64,000 nucleotides of DNA from Podarcis gaigeae (lineage: Eukaryota): the NCBI GenBank assembly GCA_964106915.2, contig OZ066915.1. One strand, written 5' to 3'. A program made the translations under genes and the position numbers. Shown in pieces: positions 52,084 through 64,000 of the stretch (positions within the stretch are counted from its first letter, which is position 1; each line of letters opens with the position of its first letter). Under the pieces are notes generated by a model. That model did not search any database and was not told the DNA's origin. It saw nothing but the letters and a program-made list of their open reading frames with translations.

Positions 52084-52119
<36 letters not shown>

Positions 52120-55100
52120 CTACCCACACGTGTTCATCCGTGCACACGCACTCCACTCCATCAGGGTTCCACTGCTGTACATGCCAAGGACTGTTGTTCA
52201 TTGAAATCTAATTTAAGTAACCTATCCAAGAATTGGTATCACTATAAGGATGTGATTTCCATTGATTCCCTCATGTATCTTTTATATATTCATATTCTAA
52301 GCAGTCCCAGGTTTGATTTTTTTTCTTCCCCTCTTTGCATCTGGAGAGAGGGTAGGGGTGGGGGATGGGCGGGGGGGAGGAATGGGGAATGGACTACAAT
52401 AAATTCGCAATAACTGTCTCTTAAATGGTATGTAAATGCTTTTTTTCCTTTCTTTCCTGGACGTGGGAGACCAAACTGCAGCAGCAAGAACAAGAACAAC
52501 AGTAACAACCACAATTATAAATAAATCTTTGTGTATGTAAAGAAGTGAATCCCGGGAAACTCTGTGAAATTCTGTGGCAAATAAAGACATTTCAAGCTGT
52601 TCTACATTATGATTTTATTTGACCATTTTATTAGTATTTCCCTCTTAAAAGACTCATTGCGGTCAACGTGGCATGGACATTCCTATGGCCAAATGGTTAA
52701 ATTGTGTGTGTGTGCACCTACGCATGCATACACACACATATATATACGCACACATACGTATGTGATATGATATAGCCAAATTAATATGAACCTTCTGCGT
52801 TTAACTAGACATTTGTTGTGGAGTTCATTGTTTTCATCATTGCATTCAAATTTATAGGAATTTCTTGGCCCAATAATACAGCCCTGTGCTTGGCTCCAGA
52901 TGTCTTTGTCTGTTTTCCCAATGTAGTTAATCTTTTTATTTCCTTTCCCTTTTCCCCCACCCCACCCTGGAAGAGAAATATATTGCAATATGCTGAAATT
53001 GGTGCTTAATGAGCAATATTGCAACGTGCTTTTCCCCCTTTTTCTTTTTAAAAAGCACAACTAATGTGATGTTTGCTAATGAGCGCATCTCTGATTGCAA
53101 ACACAAAAGAAGCGGAAATTTTCGTAATGTCAAGGATAAAGTACCTCCCCCTCCCCTTTTGCCTCTTGCAATGCACAAATGCAAAGTCAAGTACTTAATT
53201 CCTTCTCTTAAACAAAAACAAGTTCAACTCACAGACATAGGGACAGAAGCGCAATTTTACGTTTACAACTCCTCCCTCCGTTAAATAAATGTAATTTTCT
53301 TCACAGTGATAAGAAAATGCGCAGGAAGACGCTTTCACTAGTTGAATGTATTTTTAAAATTTTGTGTGGTGGTGGAGAATATAAGAATTCTGAATGGTCA
53401 GTCTGTCTCCTGCTCTAAATCTACCAATTCATTCTTGACGAATCCTCGTGTTACTCACATTTGGTGTCTGAAGGTGTCTCTAGCTTAAAGGGCAAGCAGT
53501 AACAAAATTATATTCTCCTTCAGAGGCAATGTGAGATCCTCACGGGTTGCTTCTAAATGCAACCATTTGCAATGCAAATACTTTGATGTTGCCTTTTCGG
53601 TTTGATTTGTCAGCGATGGGGAAACCCACAAAAATGTGCTTCGTTTGCCAGAAAAGAGGCAGAGAGAAAAGAAACTTTAGCTTCCTTGATAGATCCATCT
53701 TCCAGTTCGCCATGATGCTATCTGAAAGGGTTATGTTAACAGGAATGTTTCTCATTAGAAGAGATGAGGGGAAAAGATTATGTATAATAATAGGGGTATG
53801 TGCGTGTTTGTATATAAACAGACATACAGACATATACATACACGGGATGGAAACTGCTTTATTTTTGCATTTATCTGTTTTTCTCCCTTCTTCCTCCTGG
53901 TGCATGTGTGTGGTGGTGCGGTTGTTCCCTGAAGAGTCTGGCGAATACGGATGTAGGGCCTATAACCTCCCTCTTCCTTGAATTAGACACTCAAGGTCTA
54001 CTGTAAATATGTCCTTGTCATGGGCGACTCTTTGGTTTGTGGTGCCCAGAGCACAGAAGGGTGTGGGAAGTGCATTGGAACCCAAGGTGGACCAAAGAAG
54101 GTCCGAAACAGCCCTTAGGAGTGGAGCCAAAACACCCCACTCACACGCGGGGAATACAGAGGAAACAAAATGGCGCATCTTTCTGATGGGGGAGAAAGGC
54201 GCCCGCCTCTCTTTAATGGGCGACTTCTAAACTTTTCCAAGGTTAGGGGGAAACTTAAAACGTAGGTGCAATAAGGTGCACATCGCCAGGTCAGAAAGTC
54301 CAGTCAATACCCCGTGACTGCGGCCGTTGTCTGGACAAAGGGGGCGACTAGTCTAGACATTGTAATAAAGACTGCAGCACTAAACAGCTTAATTTTTCCT
54401 TAATTACCACCGTCTGGCCATAGAAAAAGACTTCCGCAGTAAATAGTAAACAAATAAGGGTGTCTTTGCTTAGCTTTCTTCCAGTCCCCCCCCCCTTGCA
54501 CACACACACACACACGCTCTGACTCCTAACTTTCCTCCTCTCCTCTCCGCACCCCCATACCACCTCCTTTTCCACGTCTTTGGCTGGGGCTGCGACACAA
54601 TGAAACTGGAGGCCTAGTTCAAAGTTTTCTCGAGCTAAAATGGAATGCCAGTTGTAAAATCCAAGTTTATAGACCATGTGGGACTTTACAAGGGTATTAA
54701 GCAGCAGTGCGAGGTAGGGATAACCCGTTAATGTTCTTCGGGGTTTTTCCTTTTTCTTTTGGAAGGGGACTATTTAGCTAGGGGAGTGAGGGGGTACCAT
54801 TTAGGAGCAGGGGTGTCATTTTTTTAGCCTTCTGCCTCCCTTCCCTCCCCAAAGTCGAGGCATCTAGCGGCAATATAGACTAATAGCCAACTGTACTTTA
54901 TACGCTAGCGTTATGTTGGTTGCATTGTGTTTGGGGGGGGGGGGAGACGAAGGAGACCACAAGAACAACAACAAAAAAATGTGAATATATGATGTCTTTG
55001 AACTTCAATGGAGTCAAGTCCATCACCTTTAACCCTTTTGTAATAAACCGGAATCAGAAAGGCCTTCAGATTCTTTTTTCGTTTTTTTTTTTAAATGTTC

Positions 55101-55305
55101 CCGCCTACTGAGTTAAGAGTCCAGCAGCAGGCGGCGATACGTGGGTGTGGGTTTGTGGGTGTGGGATACACACACACACACACACACACTCATATGACAC
55201 CCATTTGAATATATATGGACTCACGCATTACAAATACCGATTTCGAACCAAGCCTGGTGTTTATGGCACTTAATATTTAACTCAGTTGCTCAGCGATTTA
55301 ATATT

Positions 55306-55442
55306 NNNNNNNNNNNNNNNNNNNNNNNNNNNNNNNNNNNNNNNNNNNNNNNNNNNNNNNNNNNNNNNNNNNNNNNNNNNNNNNNNNNNNNNNNNNNNNN
55401 NNNNNNNNNNNNNNNNNNNNNNNNNNNNNNNNNNNNNNNNNN
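55306..55442. other. Assembly gap (137 N)
   Basis: Run of N characters. Confidence 0.99.
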
Positions 55443-58400
55443 TTAATATTGTTATAAACCTTTTGATATCTTAACGCATGGAAAGTTTTTATAACTTTGT
55501 TTGGCATAAAAGTTTTACAAGTGCCCCCCTCTCTCTCCCTCTCTCTCTCCCCTCCTTCTTTTCCTCCTCCCTCTAAATTCCTAGCACGCATTTGGGGCTT
55601 TTCATAAGACAACTTTATTTCTCGCTCGGAAGGTCCATCAGGATAAGGTCCTCTCCCTCATAGGCTGGGGATCTCGGTGTAAACCCACGTTAATGGCACA
55701 CAGGCTAATTGCGAAGGACCTCTCGGTGTGACGTGCAAACACACAGCTAAGCGAACCTGTTTCCTGTCCCCCTGCCTGGAATCCCTCCTTAACGTATTGG
55801 AAGCTGCTAGGAGGTGACATTGTTGGGAGCTATAGCTCAGAGTGAGGAAGGTGAGGGGCGAGTTTCTTAATTGGATTCTGGGCAAGACTTCTTCTGTTTT
55901 AAAATGTTAATTGGAGTGCAAGAAATAAGTTCTCCCGTTTTGTTATTGCTGCTGTTTGTTGTTTGTTTGCGAAGTGCAAGCTGGTCCCCCCACCACAACC
56001 ATCAGTGGGCACTAGAGCTGGGGGAGATGGAGATGTGTGCGCGTCCGGGTGTATTTCTCCGTGTGCCTGGCGTGGTTTGTGCAGGCTACAGCTTTTATTG
56101 AACATGGCTGTTCACGGGCATGCAGACCCACGCACCTCTCGGCAAGTGGTCCCAGCAGCCCAGAGAACACTCCTCCTCCTCTGAGTTCTGGAGTTGAGAA
56201 ACAGAAACTTGACTGTGCAGCCTGCTCGCCGGTGGCATCATGTAAATAAAGCAACCCGGTTAAGCAACCCAGCAAAAGAACCGCCAGACCAGTCGCCCTG
56301 GGCAAAGCTTTCCACCACCACTGGAGGTCCGCAAAGAGTTTGGAATTTGGGGCTCGGAAAGTTGGCCTCAGTGGACCCTGGAGAAGCCTGTCGAGGAGAG
56401 AAAAGGGGCAGTGGCTTTGGCAAGTGGACTTGAAGCTCCTATCGCCTTGAGCCGGTCTTCTTCGCCTGGTTGTGGATTCGGGGAGGGGGGTGACTTTCGC
56501 CGCTCTGCTTGCAAGTAACTTCTGCAGGAGGCACCTCCGAGCCCCCGACGAAGAGAACCAGCCATGCCTGCGTGCCTGTAAATAAAATAGCCCCGCGACC
56601 CCCCATTTTGCTAGGGCGAGAGACTCTTGTGGGTCGTTAAGAGCAACCTCCCTCCCCTCCTCTCCAAAAGCATAATTGAATGTACGATTAATTTTGTCTC
56701 CTGCCTTTCTTTGCACATCTGATGGGCACAAAATTGGATAAAGGGGAGGTGGACTATGATAAGGCCTATTTTTTTCTCTTTTTAATATGGATTTGTGTGT
56801 GACTGCATTGGGAAATGGCATTGATGGGAATACAGCAAAAATAAGCCCCCCCCCATCCCTCCACACTTTCAATCCCCCCATTTAGATAATCCTTATATGA
56901 ATCTGAAGTTTACTTTGAGAGCAAAATTGATCAGGCTTTCACATTATATCATGCACCATCATTCTTGTTATATACCGTATTTTTTCACAAAAACCACCCT
57001 TAAAATGGCGTCTCATTAAGGCCTCGTTTATACTCTTTTAATAAAGTTGCGAACTGTACGGATGTTCAACATATGTTAGACCTAAGCGGGTCTCTCTGCT
57101 TTTGATAACCACCGAATTACAACATGAAACCACAAGAATGTGGCCTGCAGCCGCGGAAGACTTTCGAATCTCTGCTGCAGCGAATGAAAATTGATCACGC
57201 TGTTGATAGGAGCCGTACCAAAAAAACAATGTATATGTATGTTTATTCTGGCGAAAAATAAAATAATAAAATGAACAATCAATGTTGTTTATGGACTGAA
57301 AGCAGAACAAAAAAAGACGCTTCTCTACGTGGTTAAAATTAAGTCGACAACATTTTAAAAGAGCCGATCTAAGCAATACATGTACAGACCCATCTGCAGC
57401 CATTCTTTTCAAACGTTTTTAATGTAAACCTTATGTCTCGGTTCAAACGATTGCTAAAATAATTGGATACCCTTGTGCCGATCGAGTTTTTTTTCACAGA
57501 AATTGCACCTTAAAAAAAGAGCAGCGGCTGCGGCTGATATCAACATTACAACTAAGGATATGGTAGTGTGGGCGCTTGCATATATAACTAAACTCCCTGA
57601 AGCACTTATCGCTTCCTATTGAAAACACCTATGCTGAATTGTTAACTAATTGAATGAAATAGCATCCACACGTCGTGCCACAGATCTTTGGAACATAGCG
57701 ACGCAGGATACAGACTTTGGGTGGACTTATAGCCCAGGTTTTATTTGAACCGACGGCTTCTAGCTTTGGAGAAAGGATTCCAACACCTGTATCACTATTA
57801 ATCAATTTTAACAGTCGAGGGAAAAACTAGGGAAAAAATACATATTTCGAAATAATCGGGAAATGTGTTTTTGCACATCTTATCCGATAGCCTGCCCGGT
57901 TATATACTGCCATTGGAGGAAAGGCAGTTTCTCAGGTCTTTTGTCGTTAGTTTGTCTTAAAAACAGGTAATTAACTAATTCTGTGTATCCTAAAATTATC
58001 TTTCCGCGCGTTTTTCTTTTTTCTTCCCCACTGAGAATATAACATTGTTCTCTTCCCTGGGAAAAATACTATTTATTTTATTTGTATTTTTAAAATTTTC
58101 TTAGAAAAAGAGGTAGCAGCGGTGTAAAGGAGCACGTATTTTTGTAAACCATTGAACCACACTTTAACCCAATAATGGAACTAAGTCAGAAAATCCTTCG
58201 AAAATACCAGGCATAGTACGATGGTTTCTCTCCTAATAAACGCAGCTTCGAATGATATGACCCCCTTCAGCCTTCTCTGCTTCTTTGTCAACTTATCAAG
58301 CTAATTGCACGAAGTAGTTTGCAATAATAAAGTATTCATAAGCCAGATAGGTATAAAGATAGATATCCCCTCATCTATCAGGACCAGCTCGCCACACCCC

Positions 58401-60524
58401 AAATTCAAAGCTTTTTTCACATCACCCTTCGAGCTGAAATTGGAACGGTATCAGGAAAAATCAGATGCTAACAAATAGTAGGCAATATATTCACATTATT
58501 GCTTCTCTTCTCAGTGTGTGATTTTAGTTAAGAAGAGCCTGACGGATAAGGCCAGCGGCCCAGCGACTTTGATGTTCCCAATGCAATCTTTAACATTGCT
58601 TAAACTCCTCTTTTTTTTTGCATTCTGTGTGCATTGGGGGTATGTGTAACTGTATACACACACACGTAGAAAGAGAGAGAGAGGAGCAGCAACTTGAATA
58701 CTGTCACTGGTGTGTGTGAACACCACGGAGTAACTCTGGACAACTTTGGTCTCCACCATGCAAAACAAAGAAAGGTGGCTAACCTCAGGCCGGTCTTTTG
58801 GTGACTGAAGATTCTATGTTGGAGGTAGAAATAACTTGAGCACTTTTCAATACCACCTCAAGGAACATAATATCATTCCATAATTCTTTGACTTAAGTTA
58901 CTCCGAAAGAAGGAAGCAGTATAAGAGGGATTGTAAAGTTTGATAGATTTCTGGTGGTGATAGTTTACAGTTTCTAAGCCAACATCTAAAGGCGTGGGTT
59001 TTATTTTTGCATCACTGTTATTGTACTCTAGTGTACTTTACCATAAATCAGAATTATTTCCTCCACAACACGGGGCATAATACCAGGCAGGGGGAAAAAA
59101 TACAAATTTAAGGTAATCATTAAAGTGTTGCCACCAAATACTTCCTAGAAGCGAAAATGAATGCTCGCTATAAAAATGTTAAGGGGGGGAAGTTGGTTAA
59201 AAAATACAATGGACGTAAGAGACACTTTCCACGCATAACTCACGGTTAAATAATTAGAAGGAAAAGGGAACAGGTAAAATATTATGTGCAAGTTTGAGAT
59301 GTGCTTTTACGTGAATTATTGGACACGTGCATATTTTTTCTTCCTTCCTTGCTTGCTTTTTTGGGGGAGAAAAATTCTTTAGATTTTTATGGGAAATGTG
59401 GTGCTCTGGCAGCGCGCCTGTGCGCGCGCGTGTTTGTGTTTCCCACCCACCCCATAACCCCTCGCAGCCGCGTGCCCTCCGTCTCCAGCCCAGAGCAAAG
59501 CTCTAGGAGAGCAAAGGGAGACGGGTTTCAAGGCTCCTCTCCCCCTCTTTTGGGTCAACTGAACTGTCTGCCTTTGGCATTCACAGAGAGAGCAATCAGA
59601 CACCAAAGACAATAGCAGGACCGTCTGCAGTTTGCCTCATATGTCCAGACACTGGGAAGAAAGGAAGGAAGAAATCCCCTAATTTTTTTAAAAAAACTCC
59701 TCTTTGACTTTTTAAAAAACCACTTCCTGGCTTTTACTCTCGCGAAATCATACCGAAGTAGCCACAAGGCAAGAGAATAAGGCACTGCCGAACCCCACTC
59801 CACATATGTATAATTTCCCCCACCCACCCCAATCTTTCTTACCCTCTTCTTCCCCCCTCCATTCCTTTTTTTTAATAAGGGGCATTGCATGTTTCATTTC
59901 CACCCTGATTTCCAAAGGAGTGTAAAAACCCAGAGCAGGCAGTTATAGGTCTTTATTCCACACACAGGCTTTCTCCTTTTTAAGTTTTAATAGCATTTGT
60001 TGGTATTTATTTTCTGCAATTAGACTAAAGCATTTTTCCCAACGGGGGTTCTACTTAGGCTGATGGATTTTATTTCTCTTCCCATTAATGACCCATGTTT
60101 ATCATACTTCTAATTATTTTTAACTTTAAACAATATTCGGTCTCCTGGAGACATTCCCCAGCATTCCTTCAGCGCCAGATCCGCCAGATATCAAAAGACC
60201 TGGAATGATGTCAGGAGATATACATTTCGCTGTTTGTGATGAAGCGGGTTCTCCTCCACGTCCCTCCATCTACTATGACCATCTCTCGCCCCTTCTCTCT
60301 GACTGTTGTTTTATTTTGGGTAAGACTTTGACCGTCAAAGCCCACAAGAGACGCCTGGAATTAAATAACTCTATGGCTTTACATTTTAAAAAATGACTTC
60401 CGAGACACCTACGCTCCTTAAAATACATATGTATGAATATGTCAATAATCCTCAGTGAAAACAATGATAGTCAAAACCACCAGCTTTTCTTACACGTATA
60501 TACACACATGTATATATATATATT

Positions 60525-60559
<35 letters not shown>

Positions 60560-63339
60560 ACACACCCACCCACCCACAACATTTTATTTTATCTTCATCA
60601 TCTTCACACATTTAAAACGCCCTCTATCTTGTCTTCAGAGATATGGGTACAACATCTCATCCACTGAAAATTCCTTGGCGGTATGTGAATCTGTGAAGAG
60701 GATAAAAATCAAATTATTTGACAGGTTTCACCACAGTGCGGTTTGTAAATTCCTCTTCCTGCTTCCTAGTATGCGTGTGTGTGAGAGAGGAAGGGAGAAT
60801 ATAACACACAGCAAGAATGCACAGCAGTAAATAAGGATATAAAAGACTTGGAAACACATTTTCATTTTCATTCACAGGGAAGGAAACGGGGTCAAATGTT
60901 GGTCTCTCTCCCCGCCACAAAATGCACATATGAAGACGTGTAGGGCTTCAGAGCCTAAAAATATTGAGTCAGCCACATGATCTGCAAAAAAATAAAGAAG
61001 GGAAGGGTGGGGGAGGGGTGGGTGGGGGTGGAGAGAAAGAACAGGGAAAAAGCCATATAATGCCAAACTGCATTGGTCTTTAATTTCATCACCTATAAAT
61101 GAGGAAGTATTGGTTCCCATGCTAAAGTTTTATTCTTTGCTTATAAATATTATGTGGAATTTTCGTTGGATATCATAAAACTGAACGATTTCTATCAAAC
61201 TGTTTTAAAAAGACCTATGCAGATAACACAAATAGAGGCTATAAAGTCTCAAATAGCTTTCCAGAGGAAGCAAACGGCGTTTAAAGTGCAGGAAAAAAGC
61301 TCTTAGCGTGGCTGTATTTCGGGGTGGAGATGGATTGTGGGGCGGTCGGGGGTGGGGGGTGGTTGAGACAAATAGAATGATGCGGTTTAAGACTTCCTTG
61401 GCCTAAGATATTAAAACTTCTCACCCTTGAAGATGTGGAGGGGGCTGGTTTTGAAGGTGGGGGCCAGAAGGCTGCAAGCCCTTCCGAAGCAACAGCCGAG
61501 TGGAATTGTAAAACAGTTGTTGTAGAAAACATTGTCGTCAAGGTCTGATGGCTTTAGGCAGCCAGCACTGCATTTAAAACAAAAACACCCAAATATACAT
61601 TACTGAAATTGGTCAAGTTCCTCACTTCTCTCCACATACCCCACACCCTACCAAACTTTCTGGCTCAATTTTCCTCACCGTTTCCCGCTTCTATCTGAAA
61701 AGGCTTCCCTCCCACTCCTTGAGAATGACTATGAACTCTTTAAAAGGTTTCAGATCCGTCGTAATGATCTTGAGATTCCAGCCGTTTAGCTAATTCTCTT
61801 CCCAGCTGCCATTATAAGTATTGGTAGTATTAATATTCTCATTGTCTAGTACTATTCCTCTCTTTTTCATGGATTTAGCCACAAAGTGTCAGATTCCTTA
61901 AAAAAACAAAAACAACAACCACCCAAAACTACAGACATCATTGTCAAAGCGGGATTCTAACAGTGTAGTCAATTTGATATACACTAAATAATAATTTGGC
62001 TTAATTGCTAGCCTGTTTAGAAAACGTCTAATAAAGGAAACAGCACAGTGAAAGCACCTCGTTCAACATATCTTTATATCTGTAATACCAGTTATTATTC
62101 TGAGATCGTTAAATTAAAAGAGAGAGAGAAAGCGAGAAGGAGAAGGGAGACAGGATCATAAAGACTGAACGAGACTGGAGTAGGGAAATTAAGAAGAAAT
62201 AAACACACATAGATATTTGCTTGGAGTTTAATCAATGAAAATAAGATCAAATAAAAAACCGTGTTTGATCGGACAACCTTTCTGCTGAATAAAGCACCCC
62301 TAAAATACCCAATAATTTAAAATTTCATTCTATTTAATTGTCGTAATTTCCTGAAGAGGGGTGGGGAATGTACAGACTTGTACCCTAAGAGTAGAGGATA
62401 CTTCTGTGATATCTCCCATTGAGATATTTATTTTGATGCAATTTTGGGAAGTTTATTAACAAACCTGTGCAGAGCTTCTGCGTCAATGAAAGCAGGAATG
62501 ATGAAAGTTTGCGGGTTTGGGGGTTGTTAGAAAGGAGAAGAACGTTTCATTCAGTATTTGCAGGGCAAATATTTTTACAAAAGTACTCCAGAGAGAAACC
62601 AAAGGAGAGAACAATTTTATAACAGACTAGAAAGAACGATTCGCATGAAACAAAATCTAAAATGTCGCCATTTCAGTTATTAAGCTGGTTCCTCACGCAA
62701 AAAACACCTGAACTTAATATAAAGTGACCCTAACGACACTGCTTCAGATTTCTCAAGGTGCTTTGACCTACGTCTTTAGGGAATTGCATTCAATATAGCG
62801 AGGTTTGTTTCCTTTTTTTCCACATCAAAATGAATCTACCAAAGTAGTTCTGAAACAAGAAAAAAAATATGTCTGAAGGAACAGTTTTCATGCAGTTCAA
62901 GTTTAGCTCTTGGGGTGGGGAAGGGGGGGGGAAGAAAGAGGGAGAGAATGAAAAAGAAAGAGAAATTCGATATAAGGAGAAGGGATGGCGGGGGAGTTCT
63001 TTTGGGGTTTGGGGTTGATTAATTATTTGCCCACAAGAAATTAGACTTATCTTAAGGGGGTTAGACGAGAAAAAAGAAAGGGTAAGAATGAAAGAAAAGA
63101 GTGGGAGATGAAGGTGGATTTTTTTGCTGACCTTTTAATTTGAATTTGACTTTGCTTCTATTTACGCGTTCGCTTCCTTTATTTCCCCCCCACTCTGCTG
63201 TAGACACGCGTTCGTTCATTGGTAAACAAACTGGAGGAAAAGGGGGTCTCTCTCCTTTGTTCAACGTGAAGGTCCTGGGTTCTCTACCCTTCAGAAACTG
63301 ATAGATGTCGCTGTTGCTCCACGCTGGTTTTCTCCTCTC

Positions 63340-63523
63340 TCAACAACTTGACCCCGGTGACGTCACCGGCGTCTGAATCATCAAGGCCATTTTCAATCCT
63401 CATTGGCCTGACAGTCACGTGGTTGGGACCAATGCGTGGATAATTATGGTGCTGATATTTTTCCCTAAAAAAAAGATGTCAGCCCCTGGCTGTAGTATTC
63501 CTCTTTAAAATCCCTCTCTGAAA
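63340..63523 (+). promoter_or_regulatory. HOXC10 proximal promoter / 5' leader
   Basis: Perfect 16-bp palindrome CCGGTGACGTCACCGG (63354-63369) containing a full CRE. ATTGG and CCAAT boxes flank GTCACGTG (CACGTG 63416-63421). Confidence 0.65.
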
Positions 63524-64000
63524 ATGTCATGTCCCAACAATGTGACTTCTAACTCGTTTTTGATGGACTCGTTAGCCGGTACCTGCAGAGGGGAGAATTA
63601 TTCCTCTAACCAAGGAATGTATATGCAATCTGGGAACGACTTCAACTGTGGAATGATGAGGAACTGTGGAATTATCCCGTCTCTTTCCAAAAGAGACGAG
63701 GTGAATAACGCCAGCCTGTCTCTCAACACCTATCCATCTTACCTTTCTCAGCTAGACACCTGGTGTGACCCCAAAAATACTTACCGAATCGAACAACCTG
63801 TTGCGAGACAACTCCCCTCCTGCTCTTTCCCAACCAATGTCAAGGAAGAAAATGCTTGCTGTATGTACAATGCTGACAAAAGAGCAAAAAACGCCACTGA
63901 GGCGACCCTCTACCCCAATCAGATGCCTGAACCTTGCCTAAATGACCATGAAGTCCCCGTGCCCAGCTACTACCGAGCCAGCCAAGGTTATTCCTCCATG
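63524..64000 (+). CDS. HOXC10: Homeobox protein Hox-C10, coding exon 1 (partial, runs off window)
   Basis: Not in the ORF track because there is no stop in the window. Hand translation MSCPNNVTSNSFLMDSLAGTCRGENYSSNQGMYMQSGNDFNCGMMRNCGIIPSLSKRDE...SCSFPTNVKEENACCMY...HEVPVPSYYRASQGY matches HOXC10 motifs and its expected position after HOXC11. Confidence 0.95.
   Translation, partial: MSCPNNVTSNSFLMDSLAGTCRGENYSSNQGMYMQSGNDFNCGMMRNCGIIPSLSKRDEVNNASLSLNTYPSYLSQLDTWCDPKNTYRIEQPVARQLPSCSFPTNVKEENACCMYNADKRAKNATEATLYPNQMPEPCLNDHEVPVPSYYRASQGYSSM

Noticed and set aside
56012-56881. 289-aa minus-strand ORF, the longest in the track
   Set aside because: No recognisable motif, it spans a GC-rich intergenic patch with few stops, and no coding gene is expected antisense between HOXC11 and HOXC10.
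52600-63500. Search for miR-196 or miR-10 hairpins
   Set aside because: No TAGGTAGTTT or TACCCTGTAG mature sequence seen. miR-196 is expected between HOXC10 and HOXC9, beyond the window.

Overview
Eukaryotic (vertebrate) DNA covering the posterior (5') end of a HoxC cluster, all genes on the + strand in canonical order: HOXC13 (exons 7376-8039, 10749-11005; 306 aa), HOXC12 (23016-23580, 25235-25473; 267 aa), HOXC11 (49208-49886, 51337-51569; 303 aa) and the first 159 codons of HOXC10 (63524 to window end). The repeat content points to a squamate reptile, probably a lacertid-type lizard (inference): a BovB/RTE LINE 3' end, hAT-type MITEs, many ~90-bp palindromic elements and a Penelope-like remnant. 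The best non-genic finds are: (1) a very young Penelope-like insertion 3 kb upstream of HOXC13, made of three copies of a hammerhead-ribozyme-like pLTR with a perfect 112-bp foldback and a target-site duplication; (2) a CpG-free patch around nested transposons between HOXC12 and HOXC11; (3) a TCACGTG E-box 98-139 bp upstream of all four start codons; (4) an in-frame upstream ATG before HOXC10 that resembles the HOXA10 N-terminal extension; (5) DR0 nuclear-receptor motifs; (6) an abrupt GC3 jump inside HOXC11 exon 1; (7) an assembly gap flanked by an 8-bp direct repeat. All counts were done by hand and all homologies are from memory, not from database searches. Most other ORFs in the track look spurious.
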